Below, one piece after another: positions 1 through 9,509 of a DNA stretch of 64,000 bases (position 1 is the first letter of the stretch; the number at the start of each line of letters is the position of its first letter). Source of the DNA: Promethearchaeati archaeon SRVP18_Atabeyarchaeia-1 (lineage in GTDB: Archaea > Asgardarchaeota > Atabeyarchaeia > Atabeyarchaeales > Atabeyarchaeaceae); assembly GCA_037308085.1 (NCBI GenBank), contig CP147779.1, forward strand, positions 1,920,001 through 1,984,000. Direction: 5' to 3'. Below the pieces are notes generated by a model. That model had not been told where the DNA came from. It did no database searches and worked only from the letters and a program-made list of their open reading frames with translations. Position numbers and translations under genes: made by a program.

Positions 1-1153
1 CGCATCAATATCCTCAGCGAAGATCTACCTGTACCTATACTTGTCCTCGAGCCAGTGGAGGTACATCGGCGCCCACTACGCCGCCGACAACAGCTGGACT
101 GAGGAGGACATAACGTGGCAGACAAGACCAGATTTCACCGCATCCGCTACCGCCGTGACCTGGGTCTCGACCGGTGCCGGCTGGTTCTCCTGGAGCGTCA
201 CGGCGGACGCCAGGCAGGGGTTCCTCAGCAACCAGAAGAGGGTCTTTAGCGAGTGCTTCAAGGACGAGTACGAGACGAGCGGCGTGCCAACGGTTCCGAG
301 CAACATCCGCAAGATCTTCTACAGCAAGGAGGCTACCGCCTCTAATGGGACCTTGCACCCGTACCTCCAGGTGGCCTACACGCTCAAGGCATTCGCCGTC
401 CTCGTCGCCTCAGGCTGGGACAGGGCGAATAACAAGGGGCGGTACTATAATGATATTATGTTCATGTACGACACGCTGAAAGACAACTACAACTACACGG
501 ATTCCCAGATCTACGTTCTCTACTGCGATGGCTGCATGCCGACCACGGATACCCTCACCCAAGAGGAATACGATCTCACCATCAAGAATCACGAGAACGT
601 GATAGACTTCCCTGCGACCCCAGCAAGCATGCAGTATGTCTTCACCAGCATAGCGGGCGCGTCTGACAGCGAGACCTTCATCTTCGTCTTCATGGCGGGA
701 CACGGCGACCGGAACAATACTCTTGCACACTCCTACTTCTGCGCGTGGGGCGCGGACATCAGCGACCAGGACTTCAACGGGTCAAATTACCTTGGCAAGA
801 TCACATCCTATAGCCTGGAGCTGATCGTCATGGGGCAGTGCTACAGTGGAGGATTCATAAACTGGATCAGTAACAGCAAGAGAGTAATATACGCGGCGTG
901 CAGTTCCAGCGAGACATCTTGGCCGCATGATGGCAACAAGTATGACGAGTTCCTATATTACTTCGTCAGCGCTCTACACGGAGAAACGCCGGACGGCAAA
1001 TCAGTCAATGCAGACAAACCCGAACAAGAACTTACGCCCGGGACCGTCGTGCTATACGAGGTTTACAAATACGCTGACGAAATGGATACTATCGAAACCC
1101 AAAAGAATTATCCCTCTTCGGGTTATCAGATTGACTGGTACACCACGCTGTAG
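1..1153 (+). CDS. 5'-truncated protein: DNRLRE-like domain fused to a C13 (legumain-like, clan CD) cysteine peptidase
   Basis: Frame is open from base 2 (ASISSAKIYLYLY...). WTEEDITW...FYSKEA...PYLQV resembles DNRLRE. FAVLVASG...YYND, MAGHG (catalytic His) and GQCYSGG (catalytic Cys) fit C13. Confidence 0.75.
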   Translation, partial: ASISSAKIYLYLYLSSSQWRYIGAHYAADNSWTEEDITWQTRPDFTASATAVTWVSTGAGWFSWSVTADARQGFLSNQKRVFSECFKDEYETSGVPTVPSNIRKIFYSKEATASNGTLHPYLQVAYTLKAFAVLVASGWDRANNKGRYYNDIMFMYDTLKDNYNYTDSQIYVLYCDGCMPTTDTLTQEEYDLTIKNHENVIDFPATPASMQYVFTSIAGASDSETFIFVFMAGHGDRNNTLAHSYFCAWGADISDQDFNGSNYLGKITSYSLELIVMGQCYSGGFINWISNSKRVIYAACSSSETSWPHDGNKYDEFLYYFVSALHGETPDGKSVNADKPEQELTPGTVVLYEVYKYADEMDTIETQKNYPSSGYQIDWYTTL

Positions 1154-1451
1154 CCTACTCGGGGGCGGAGACGACTGTCGGCAGCGTCGATTGCGAGAAA
1201 AGATCCATACCTCTATCTCGCCATGCTTGAAGTGAAACATGATGCTGGCCACTGTGTATCCGGTCCGGGTGGGTTTCTAGATGGCCGTTGCTCCAAGCGA
1301 TTCCTGGTCTGAGTAGAGCTGCCTGAGGGGACTGCTGGGCTCTACGTGTGGAAGTGATACTCAATCGTCCAAAATCTCTCCTGTGGAAAATCGTTAAATG
1401 ACCGATCATACTCATTTCTGGTCATTGCTGTGCCGGGCGGGTGTAAAGAAT

Positions 1452-2399
1452 ATGAGGTCAGAAAGAAAGAATCTGCTTGTTGTCTTTCTCTTGCTGGGAA
1501 TCGTCTGCGGATGCTTGGTGGCCGCTGTGCCCACCGCCTCCGCTCTGGCGTCTCCCACCTACAATCTCGAAGTCAGTGTAGGTGACTATGCTACATACAA
1601 CGTCGATCAGCAGAACTTGACATCTTTTGGGCATCTGGATTTTCGCCAAGGTGACAGAATGCGAGTTTACCTAGCGGAAAAGTATGTGATCCGAATATCT
1701 GACAAGTTGAACAATGAGATCCTCGGCTACGAAATGCCCCGCTTAGATATATACGTCAACGATACATGGTCAGGGTGGGACTCAGGCCACTTGCAGGACA
1801 TCTTTAAGCTTTCCGAGGTTTTCTACGGCATTACTCCGGGCCCCTTCTTCTTCCCTGTGGGCCCGGGAAGACTTTGGAATGCTATTGAAGACTACTTTCC
1901 GCCGCTACAGGTCACTGCTTCCGGCAACCAGCTCACCCTAGTCTACGAGAACTTCGCCCACTGGGACCAAGATGGTGGCGCGACCAACTACTGGTACGAA
2001 TGTACGAAGGTATTGATTGATGCCGGCACTGGCGTGGCGCTCAGGCTCGAATACTCGAAGGATGTCAACGGCGACGTGGAGTCGGTCGTCCTTTCCCTGG
2101 TCGAGACCAATATCTCATCTCTTCCGGTACTTGCCGTGCTTCTCCAGTACTGGTACATCGTGTTCCCACCGATCCTAGTCTTGTCGGCTGTGCTTGTATA
2201 CGCGTCGAGGAGTAGGAGCAGGGTCAGGGGGCATAGGAAGGAGGAGATCTTGGGCAGGCTCAGCGACGAGAAGCTCCTCAAGCTGGCGAGGACCGTGCTT
2301 GGGGAGAAGGCGGGCGCGAGAATGGGGAGAGCGAACCTGGTGGAGACGGTGAAGAACTCCCTCAGCCTCGAAGAGATCAAGAGAAGAATCCGCGACTAG
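1452..2399 (+). CDS. Membrane-anchored surface protein with a short basic helical C-terminal cytoplasmic domain
   Basis: Signal peptide MRSERKNLLVVFLLLG...ASA, TM segment YWYIVFPPILVLSAVLVYA, then a charged helical tail. Confidence 0.7.
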   Translation: MRSERKNLLVVFLLLGIVCGCLVAAVPTASALASPTYNLEVSVGDYATYNVDQQNLTSFGHLDFRQGDRMRVYLAEKYVIRISDKLNNEILGYEMPRLDIYVNDTWSGWDSGHLQDIFKLSEVFYGITPGPFFFPVGPGRLWNAIEDYFPPLQVTASGNQLTLVYENFAHWDQDGGATNYWYECTKVLIDAGTGVALRLEYSKDVNGDVESVVLSLVETNISSLPVLAVLLQYWYIVFPPILVLSAVLVYASRSRSRVRGHRKEEILGRLSDEKLLKLARTVLGEKAGARMGRANLVETVKNSLSLEEIKRRIRD

Positions 2400-2788
2400 A
2401 CGACCATTGGGTCCGCAGAAACGTGAACAACCAGAACCCCACAATACACCTAGCGGGTGCTAGTAGAACCAAGAAGAAGAGGGTTGAGGCTTTTAGAACC
2501 TAACACGTTGAAAGCCAAGTATTATTAGTAGCTTCATAAAAAAAGAGGGTAGTTGGCATTTTACTGTTCACAGTTTCGCACACCAAAAAAGCATTTGCCT
2601 TAGCGAAATGTTAACGGAAAACGGCGCTTCCGATAATTGAATCGGCTTGAGGTTTCCAAGCTTCACTCGTTGCGGCCTTACGGAGCTCTTTGGAATCGCA
2701 GCCTCCTATTCCCTAGGCGATTCCCCCAAGGTAGGTGAAACCTTAAATAGCGTTGGTCTAAGCTTTCAGTGTTGAGGAGAAGGTCACT

Positions 2789-3313
2789 TTGAACGAGAAA
2801 ATCGAGGATGTCGTACTAGTAACTCAGGCTGATCTCTTGAGGGAATTGGCCAATTTTGAGAAGGAATTGAAGCAGAAACTTTCAAGCCTGCAGATAGATG
2901 TTGAGGACGCATTGGAACTGTATCTTGCAAAGCGGGATGAGATCGAAGATCTCATAGAGCATGGCAGAAGGCTAAACGGCAAGTACCGGGTAAAGCTCTT
3001 TGATGAATCTCTTGAAGGGCTCCGTGAAGTCGGGGCTGGAGTCATACAGAAAGCTCGACTCGATCTTCCCAGATTGAAGGATCAAGAGCTGCTGGCTGAG
3101 TGCTCAAAGGATCTGCATGACATAAGCAAGGAAGCGGGAGGCGTTTTAAGCGGTCTGACTCGGTCACTGGGCAAGGTGGGAAGTGGAAGTAAGGAGGCAG
3201 GGCTCCAGGCCTCATATCTTCAGGCAATGACCAAGCTGTTGGCGGTTCTGGCTAGGCAGAATCAAGTGGTCATCAACATTCTCCAGGTAATCAAGGCCCA
3301 GGCTGAAACCTAG
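2789..3313 (+). CDS. Hypothetical all-helical/coiled-coil protein
   Basis: 174-aa ORF with GAGGAAGG RBS and upstream CCTTAAATA TATA-like box; L/E/K-rich heptads. Confidence 0.65.
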   Translation: MNEKIEDVVLVTQADLLRELANFEKELKQKLSSLQIDVEDALELYLAKRDEIEDLIEHGRRLNGKYRVKLFDESLEGLREVGAGVIQKARLDLPRLKDQELLAECSKDLHDISKEAGGVLSGLTRSLGKVGSGSKEAGLQASYLQAMTKLLAVLARQNQVVINILQVIKAQAET

Positions 3314-3410
3314 TTACCCAATCTCGCGTGCATATGGGTTGCCGCTGGCAGCATATCAACTATGCGGGAATTCCGACAAGAGGTTCCATGTTCCAGGGGA
3401 CGACCCTGCT

Positions 3411-4043
3411 CTAGGGCTCCTCACCCACGGTGACGTGTCTCTTCAGTCTTCCCAGAAAGCAGTAGTGGTTGGTAGAGTCGACCCAAATGCGTTCAATGAT
3501 GAAGTTGCTGAATTCCTTCCTCAATGAAGCTTTGTTGAAGAGGTAGTGGATTAGACCCTTATCTGGTCCTCCAGTTGGGACAACCGTGCTTGGCGCAATT
3601 TTCTTATGCGTTCTTTGGCTGGATTTCAGGACCGTCACGAAGAGCAACCCTGAGGGTCTCAGCACCCTCTCCACTTCTTTGATGAGTTTTCGGATGTTCG
3701 CAATCACTGAGTGATGCATGACTTGCACGCTGACTATGGCATCGAAGAAATCGTCGGGGTAAGGAAGCCTGTCGTAGATGTTTCCTATCCTCAGATCGGC
3801 CTTGAGAGCTTTTTCCTCTAGCCAGGATCTCGTGAGGCGCAGCCCTTCTTGGGCAATGTCAATTCCCTGCACTTCGAAACCTTTCGCAGCAAGATACACC
3901 GTGTGCCTCCCGGATCCAAACCCCAAGTCCAGGATTCTTCTTACTCCATGTTTCTTGAAGAAGTCTGAAATCTTCGGAATGTCTTCTTGGACTTCGGTGA
4001 ATATCTTCCCCTCTCTTTTGAATGCTTCATTCCATTTTTGCAT
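3411..4043 (-). CDS. Class I SAM-dependent methyltransferase
   Basis: ILDLGFGSGRH motif I, GIDIA, LPYPDDFFDAI, RVLRPSGLL. Confidence 0.9.
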   Translation of the reverse strand: MQKWNEAFKREGKIFTEVQEDIPKISDFFKKHGVRRILDLGFGSGRHTVYLAAKGFEVQGIDIAQEGLRLTRSWLEEKALKADLRIGNIYDRLPYPDDFFDAIVSVQVMHHSVIANIRKLIKEVERVLRPSGLLFVTVLKSSQRTHKKIAPSTVVPTGGPDKGLIHYLFNKASLRKEFSNFIIERIWVDSTNHYCFLGRLKRHVTVGEEP

Positions 4044-4158
4044 GGTAGGAGAGACCTCCAGAGAGTTGCGAGCAAGAGACTCTGGCCCTCGACCGTGGGA
4101 TCCTATAGACGCGACTGGCGACGCCTCACTTGGGTCTTGAGCCTGAAACCAGGTCAAG

Positions 4159-4782
4159 TCATCCCCATTTTTCCAGAAACTTCTCTGCCTTCTTTCTCGT
4201 GGCGGGGCGAGCGTTCTTAAGCTCTGACCTAACGAAATCAAGAACCTTCTTCTTATCTCTCAGACTGCCAAAATACTGGTCGAAGGTTGATATTAGGTGC
4301 CCCTTGAGGACATTCTTGCATTCCGATCCGTGGTGAGTCTGGTCTATACCAAGTAGTTTACTCGTAATTCTGGTCTGCAATTGTGGCTTTGATTTGGCGA
4401 TGTTCGCCGACGCGCCCACCAAGTTCGCAGCGGTGATCATGCTTTCATCATCAAGCAGCTCGTAGAGCCTGTCAAAGATGGGCTCGATCTTGTTTTCGGA
4501 ATCAACCCTCGCGAGGTGCCCCAAGATGAAAACCGCATCTGACTTGAGAAAAGTGTTTCCGCTGCTAAGCATGCTGGCAAAGAAGTCCCATTTTGGGTAG
4601 AGTGTCTGAGGGCTCAGCTCTCCAATAATCCTAAGCACTTTGGCACAACCGTACTTCATCCTTGCCTTGTCGGACGAAAGACCTTTGACTACCTCGGCGA
4701 GTGTATCCTGATCCTTCAATGCCCTGTCAGCTATCCCTTCAAAGTCAGAACCCTTCTTCTCCAGTTCAGACAACAAGTCCAA
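4159..4782 (-). CDS. HEAT-repeat-like protein
   Basis: Repeated amphipathic helix pairs (GLSSDKARMKYGCAKVL, LLDDESMITAAN); TTG start inferred. Confidence 0.65.
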   Translation of the reverse strand: MDLLSELEKKGSDFEGIADRALKDQDTLAEVVKGLSSDKARMKYGCAKVLRIIGELSPQTLYPKWDFFASMLSSGNTFLKSDAVFILGHLARVDSENKIEPIFDRLYELLDDESMITAANLVGASANIAKSKPQLQTRITSKLLGIDQTHHGSECKNVLKGHLISTFDQYFGSLRDKKKVLDFVRSELKNARPATRKKAEKFLEKWG

Positions 4783-5118
4783 GTTATCACGCTCCGCTTC
4801 CGGCTGAGGAGTAGCCCCTAGGATTTTCGCAGGCTGGAGACTGCGCTGTCTCACAGCCCTATTTCGTCTATTTTCTGTTGTATAGCCTTTTTTGTCATCT
4901 TGCTCCGTAGCCGGTCCATGTGCCTTAATCTTGCCGTTGATTGGGGTGCCGGTGGTCCCATACTTTCTGCCTTGTCTCAACGTATATGTCTCCGACCTAT
5001 TTATCCGATTCCCGAACGATGCCGTAGTCCTCCGCGAAATCATGGGCGGGGTCAAGAAACGCTTAACTCCTGTCAGAGCTTAAGTGATCAATGGGATGCT
5101 GGGTCAGGGTGGGTGCCA

Positions 5119-6045
5119 ATGGAGATTCTGACGTACAGAGATCTCGAATCGAAGGCAGAGATGTTGCCACTCATGGATAGCGCCTTTGATTGGGCTGTCC
5201 ACCCAAAAGGGTTCAAAAAGATGATTGACTCAGATTCAAGGCTAAAGAATGGTCCAGTCGGCTTCTGCGCTGTCGAAAATAATCTCCTAGTTGCCTTTGT
5301 CGGCGTAATGGATCTTAACACCCGCACTCTGGACGGAGGCGTAGAGCATGTCGGAGGGCTGTGGGGGGTTGCTACGCTGCCAACGCATGCAGGAAAAGGA
5401 ATCTCCATGAACTTGATGACAAGGGCGCACCAGTACTTTAGGGAGAAGGGCTACCGCTTCTCCTTCTTGTGCACTAGTCGATATCTTGTCGCGTACGCCA
5501 TGTACCGGAAACTCGGTTACACAGATCTGATAGACTGGCTCGGCGCATACAAGGTTCTTGAGCCGACCAAGACGGGAACTTCTCCGAAGAGAAGGGCGGC
5601 TGGATTTGACTTCAGCAAGCTTCTTAGGATTCATGCCAACTGCTTCGCCGGCAGGTCGGGATTCGTGCTGCGAGACAGAGGTTTCCTAAAGTACGAGAAG
5701 TGGAGCCTAGAAATCGCCGACAAGGAGTGCATTATTGACGGGAATAGTTATGTTATCTTCAAGAACACCGGGACAAAGTATAGAGGAGTAATGATTAGGG
5801 AACTTGTAGCACGGGACGCCGAGGCTACTGGCAACCTGCTCGACCTTATGGAGGCAAGAGCAGAGGGATATGTCTACGACAAGTTCGTTATTGACGAGAC
5901 GCTTCTCAACGTCTATAAGCTGAGGGGATATACGATCCAAGATAGAAGCTACAAGGTGGTTATGGCGAAGCCCCTTGCCGATGACGCATCAAGCAGACAA
6001 ACATATGGCCCGAAGTTTTCCATGACGAGCCTGGACTTGTTCTAG
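5119..6045 (+). CDS. GNAT (Eis-like) acetyltransferase
   Basis: VGGLWGVATLPTHAGKGI acetyl-CoA motif and MYRKLGY. Confidence 0.85.
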   Translation: MEILTYRDLESKAEMLPLMDSAFDWAVHPKGFKKMIDSDSRLKNGPVGFCAVENNLLVAFVGVMDLNTRTLDGGVEHVGGLWGVATLPTHAGKGISMNLMTRAHQYFREKGYRFSFLCTSRYLVAYAMYRKLGYTDLIDWLGAYKVLEPTKTGTSPKRRAAGFDFSKLLRIHANCFAGRSGFVLRDRGFLKYEKWSLEIADKECIIDGNSYVIFKNTGTKYRGVMIRELVARDAEATGNLLDLMEARAEGYVYDKFVIDETLLNVYKLRGYTIQDRSYKVVMAKPLADDASSRQTYGPKFSMTSLDLF

Positions 6046-6169
6046 AAGTCGATTGCGAGCGCGCCGCGAGCAGCTCCAAGAACATGAATGCCACCATATG
6101 AAAACGATTACCCTAAATAGCGGGAAAAGTATTATACTGGACTCAAAAGAGGAGTGAGGACTGGTCATA

Positions 6170-6757
6170 GTGTGGTGTCCTAATTGTGGAGGTTGGATCT
6201 GGTTTGGCCCGAGCGTCGGTGAGGAGATAGTCTGCAAACACTGCGGTGCAACCTTGGCCCGCAGATTCAGCCTTAGCGGGATATTCGGTGAAATTGAGGT
6301 TGTCGGAGACACTGGTCTAGATAGCGATTATAAACCCCTCTACGCCGATCGCGACAGGGATGACGCAGTAAGCGCTTGGAAGGAGAAACACCGGGCGTTG
6401 GAGCCCCAAGTGAGAGGAGGCATCGAAGAGCGGCGCTGCAGCAACTGCAACAGTGTCATCGCGATTCCAGACGCCATGTTCTGCCCCAACTGTGGCGCAA
6501 GCTTGCAGGCGCGCGCAAAAGGCGCAGCCACAGCAACCAAAGAGGTGAAGACAGCTCCGTCAAAGCGCACATCTCCGAAGGGGCAGGAGCTAGAAGACTG
6601 CACGGTATGCGGTCTCGAGCTTAAACCAAGCGATGATGTTGTTTGGTGCCCTCACTGCGGCAGATTGGCACACAGAAACCACCTTACCGAGTGGGTCCGA
6701 ACAAAGAAGTCGTGTCCATCCTGCGGGGAAAGCCTAGACGAAAACTACTATAGATAA
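6170..6757 (+). CDS. Double zinc-ribbon protein with a C-terminal RING-type finger
   Basis: CPNC/CKHC and CSNC/CPNC ribbons; C-terminal CTVC-x12-CPHC-x4-H-x2-H-LTEW-x6-CPSC. Confidence 0.8.
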   Translation: MWCPNCGGWIWFGPSVGEEIVCKHCGATLARRFSLSGIFGEIEVVGDTGLDSDYKPLYADRDRDDAVSAWKEKHRALEPQVRGGIEERRCSNCNSVIAIPDAMFCPNCGASLQARAKGAATATKEVKTAPSKRTSPKGQELEDCTVCGLELKPSDDVVWCPHCGRLAHRNHLTEWVRTKKSCPSCGESLDENYYR

Positions 6758-6987
6758 TGAGCTGGGGTGGATCCTGCGCTCCCGGAACGGTCCTATCTAA
6801 GCCGCTAGCAGAGCCTACGAACTATTTCTGCAAATAAATATCTTTGCGCATCAGTTGGCTCGTTTATCGTCAATTGGTTTTTCTGGGGCTTAATATAGCG
6901 TGACTTCGTAAGTACATGTTGACGAGGATTAGGCACATCATGTGAGTGCAGGAAGCAGGCAAGCGACTTACTTGAGGGCTGAGAAGA

Positions 6988-8697
6988 TTGCAGTTCACGT
7001 TCGAAGCCGAGCTCGCCGCGCTATCAAGCGGCGACAGAAGCGGGCTCGATGACCTCATGGCGAGGTACTGCTCCGCGAAGAGGATAGCCTACAACAGGTT
7101 GCTGGAGGGGAGAAGCGTAAACGAGGTGACGCACCTGCTTCTTGGGTACGGCTCCCTCCACCTGAACTGGAGGTACGCGGAGCACTCAGCCCGGGACGCC
7201 CAGGCAGCGATCGAGAGCCAGAGGAACCTGCTGCCACTATACCTGGGCAGCGTGCAGGACAGAATATGGCGCGTCGAGGAGCTTATGGGGAAGGCGAAGT
7301 CGCTTGGCAAGAGGGTGAGACTCGGCAAGCTTCTCGCGAGGCTCAGGAAGAGGGCAGAGTTCTACCGGAAACATATCCACGATGGAACGGTACCGAAGAC
7401 GATCTTCGGGGGCAGGAGGAGCTTCACCGCCCTGGCAAGGGGTAGCATCAGCAGCCATGAGTGGAGGGAGGCGAGGAGCAACCAGGTCTACTCGATAGGC
7501 CAGGCGAACCAGAAGGGAAACGCCAACATGAGAATCGTGAAGGAGGGGAGAGCGTTAGCGGTCCGCTTCCCAGAGAATATGGATAGAGCAAGGACCGGAA
7601 AGGGTGGAAGAGTGTTCAGGGTGGCGAGCAGCGTCAAGGAGTTCCAGCTCATGGTTCCCAGCAAGTTCCTGGAGTACCTTGCGCCTTTCCAGGGTGGCGG
7701 GGCATATTCGGTTCGCTTCACGAGGCGCGGGGGAAGGTATTTCGCAGATGTGAGCTTCGAGGTTGAGCAGCCACCGCGACCGAAGGAAGCGCCGCTGAGG
7801 GTGTGCTCGGTGGACCAGAACCCAGGGGGATTCCCCGCCACAATCACCTCCCGGGACGGCAACCTGGTAGCCCACAGGTTCCTGAGGGAGGACAGGCTGA
7901 TATACGCCTCCCAGGGGAAGAGAGACTCGCTGGTCGGGGCGCTGGTGAGCAGCATAATGGAGTTCGCCGAGGACTGGGACACGCACTCATTCGCGATAGA
8001 GGACCTGGACCTGGAGACCCACAAGGATTTCGGGAGGAGGGTGAACAGGGTCGTGCACGCCTTCGTGAGGAGGAAGTTCACGGAGAACCTTCTGAGCAGG
8101 TGCTGGAAGAAGCGGTACCCGGTCTCCACCGTCAACCCGGCGTACACGTCGAAGCTCGGCGCCGCGAAGTACTCGTGGAGGCTCGGGTTATCGGTCCACG
8201 AGGCAGCCGCGTACGTGATTGAGAGAAGGTTCTACGGGTACGGTGAGAAGCTGGAGAAGCCATTACCCATTTCCTTCAGGAGAGGCAGGATGCCGAGGGT
8301 CAGGGTGCCCGTGCGTTACGTGTGGGCGTCCCTCTACGGCCGCGCTCACCCGGGGGACCCCTACAGGGCGCCACCTGGAAGGAAAGGCAGTAGGGGCTTG
8401 AAGCTGGGCGGGCCTGGTCGAGCCGACTTCACAGGTCACCCCGCTTGCAGAGAACGAGGACAGGGCACACCTCTGAAGGGTAATGATGGGGTGCGAAAGG
8501 GCGGGGAGCCCGGTGAGAATCCGGGGGCTACCGGCAATGGGGTTAAGCCGGCGCCTGGAAGACCGGGTGGGAAAGTAGCTGCTACGTCATCAAGTGTCAA
8601 TCGATACTTAATGATAGGCAGAAAACCAACCCTTAATGCGTCTGACACCCTCAACTGCGTTTGCCGCGTAGTCATCTGCTCCCATTGCCCTCGCTAG
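6988..8697 (+). CDS. tnpB: Long TnpB-related RuvC protein lacking the zinc ribbon (HxAAAxVI type); the last ~110 codons probably overlap a structured RNA and the next gene
   Basis: RuvC-I VCSVDQN, RuvC-II FAIEDL, VNPAYTSK followed directly by SVHEAAAYVIERR. Confidence 0.8.
   Translation: MQFTFEAELAALSSGDRSGLDDLMARYCSAKRIAYNRLLEGRSVNEVTHLLLGYGSLHLNWRYAEHSARDAQAAIESQRNLLPLYLGSVQDRIWRVEELMGKAKSLGKRVRLGKLLARLRKRAEFYRKHIHDGTVPKTIFGGRRSFTALARGSISSHEWREARSNQVYSIGQANQKGNANMRIVKEGRALAVRFPENMDRARTGKGGRVFRVASSVKEFQLMVPSKFLEYLAPFQGGGAYSVRFTRRGGRYFADVSFEVEQPPRPKEAPLRVCSVDQNPGGFPATITSRDGNLVAHRFLREDRLIYASQGKRDSLVGALVSSIMEFAEDWDTHSFAIEDLDLETHKDFGRRVNRVVHAFVRRKFTENLLSRCWKKRYPVSTVNPAYTSKLGAAKYSWRLGLSVHEAAAYVIERRFYGYGEKLEKPLPISFRRGRMPRVRVPVRYVWASLYGRAHPGDPYRAPPGRKGSRGLKLGGPGRADFTGHPACRERGQGTPLKGNDGVRKGGEPGENPGATGNGVKPAPGRPGGKVAATSSSVNRYLMIGRKPTLNASDTLNCVCRVVICSHCPR
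8367..8600 (+). ncRNA. Putative omegaRNA-like structured RNA at the 3' end of the long TnpB gene (boundaries approximate)
   Basis: Consecutive hairpins CCCGG-tgagaat-CCGGG (8509-8525), CCGGC-n11-GCCGG (8531-8551), GCCTGG-aaga-CCGGGT (8553-8568); the peptide over this stretch is low-complexity G/P/R. Confidence 0.5.
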
Positions 8698-9243
8698 CTC
8701 CATGTTCAAAGGTGCCCCACCTACAATTATCTTAACCTTGTCGCGAAGGCCCGCGTCCCTGAGAGCTTTGTCGACAAGGGATATCTCCTTCACGCTCGTC
8801 GTGAGAAGGGCACTCAGGGCTACCAGCGTAGCGCCCGACTCTTTAACTGCTTGGACTATCCTTTCTCCATCGCAGTCCGTTCCCAGATCAACAATCCTGA
8901 ATCCAGTCGACATCAACATCGAAATCAGTATGTTCTTTCCAATGTCGTGGTTGTCTCCTTTCACAGTCGCGACAACGACTGTCCCGTTGCCTCCCGTCTC
9001 GCCTGACTTGATGTGCGGCGTTAGCGCGGCTATTGCTTCTTTCATCGCCTCGCCAGCCGAGATAAGTTCAACAAGGAAATACTCCATTTCCTCATATAGG
9101 CGCCCAACTTCATTCATGCCTTTTGAGAGGGCTGCCAAGATGTCCTGTGGATCTGCGCCCGCGTCAAGTTCTTTCTGAACAGCGCCACCAATTTGGTCAA
9201 CGTCTAGTTCAACGAGCATCTTGGTTATTGATTCCAGGGTCAC
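8608..9243 (-). CDS. Corrinoid (B12-binding) protein, MtbC/MttC-like
   Basis: B12 cap domain, TVKGDNHDIGKN (DxHxxG), SALLTTS, IIVGGAP; AGGAGGAGG RBS before GTG at 9243. Confidence 0.92.
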   Translation of the reverse strand: MTLESITKMLVELDVDQIGGAVQKELDAGADPQDILAALSKGMNEVGRLYEEMEYFLVELISAGEAMKEAIAALTPHIKSGETGGNGTVVVATVKGDNHDIGKNILISMLMSTGFRIVDLGTDCDGERIVQAVKESGATLVALSALLTTSVKEISLVDKALRDAGLRDKVKIIVGGAPLNMELARAMGADDYAANAVEGVRRIKGWFSAYH

Positions 9244-9279
9244 GCTTTGCCTCCTCCTATGCTGTGGAGTGCTATAGAG

Positions 9280-9309
9280 TCTCTGCAATGCGCGCAGACA
9301 TTGTAGAGA
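9280..9309. promoter_or_regulatory. Inverted repeat (11-bp arms, one mismatch) in the divergent corrinoid/glycosidase intergenic region; candidate operator
   Basis: TCTCTGCAATG-cgcgcaga-CATTGTAGAGA, just downstream of a minus-strand GGTTAATAAG TATA-like box. Confidence 0.45.
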
Positions 9310-9509
9310 AATGGCAAATCTTATTAACCTGCTGAAAGCTAACACAGCAAAATAGTTTCGTTTGAGCAACATGAACGAAAACTTGACAGGAGACAAAGAA
9401 GGTATAGTCAAAACTTATCTTTCAGACATCCGCATGCTACACCTCCAGATTCTAACAGTAGAGGTTTCATCTCTGACACAGATATCAGCACAAGAGAAGT
9501 GAAGCCATC

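Noticed and set aside
2400-2700. AT-rich intergenic stretch with weak similarity (TTCGCAC...AAAA) to the 44-bp repeat
   Set aside because: Similarity is too short to support by eye.
8600-8697. Functional antisense overlap between the long TnpB C-terminus and the corrinoid gene
   Set aside because: Best explained by the tnpB frame lacking a stop inside the element and running into flanking DNA.
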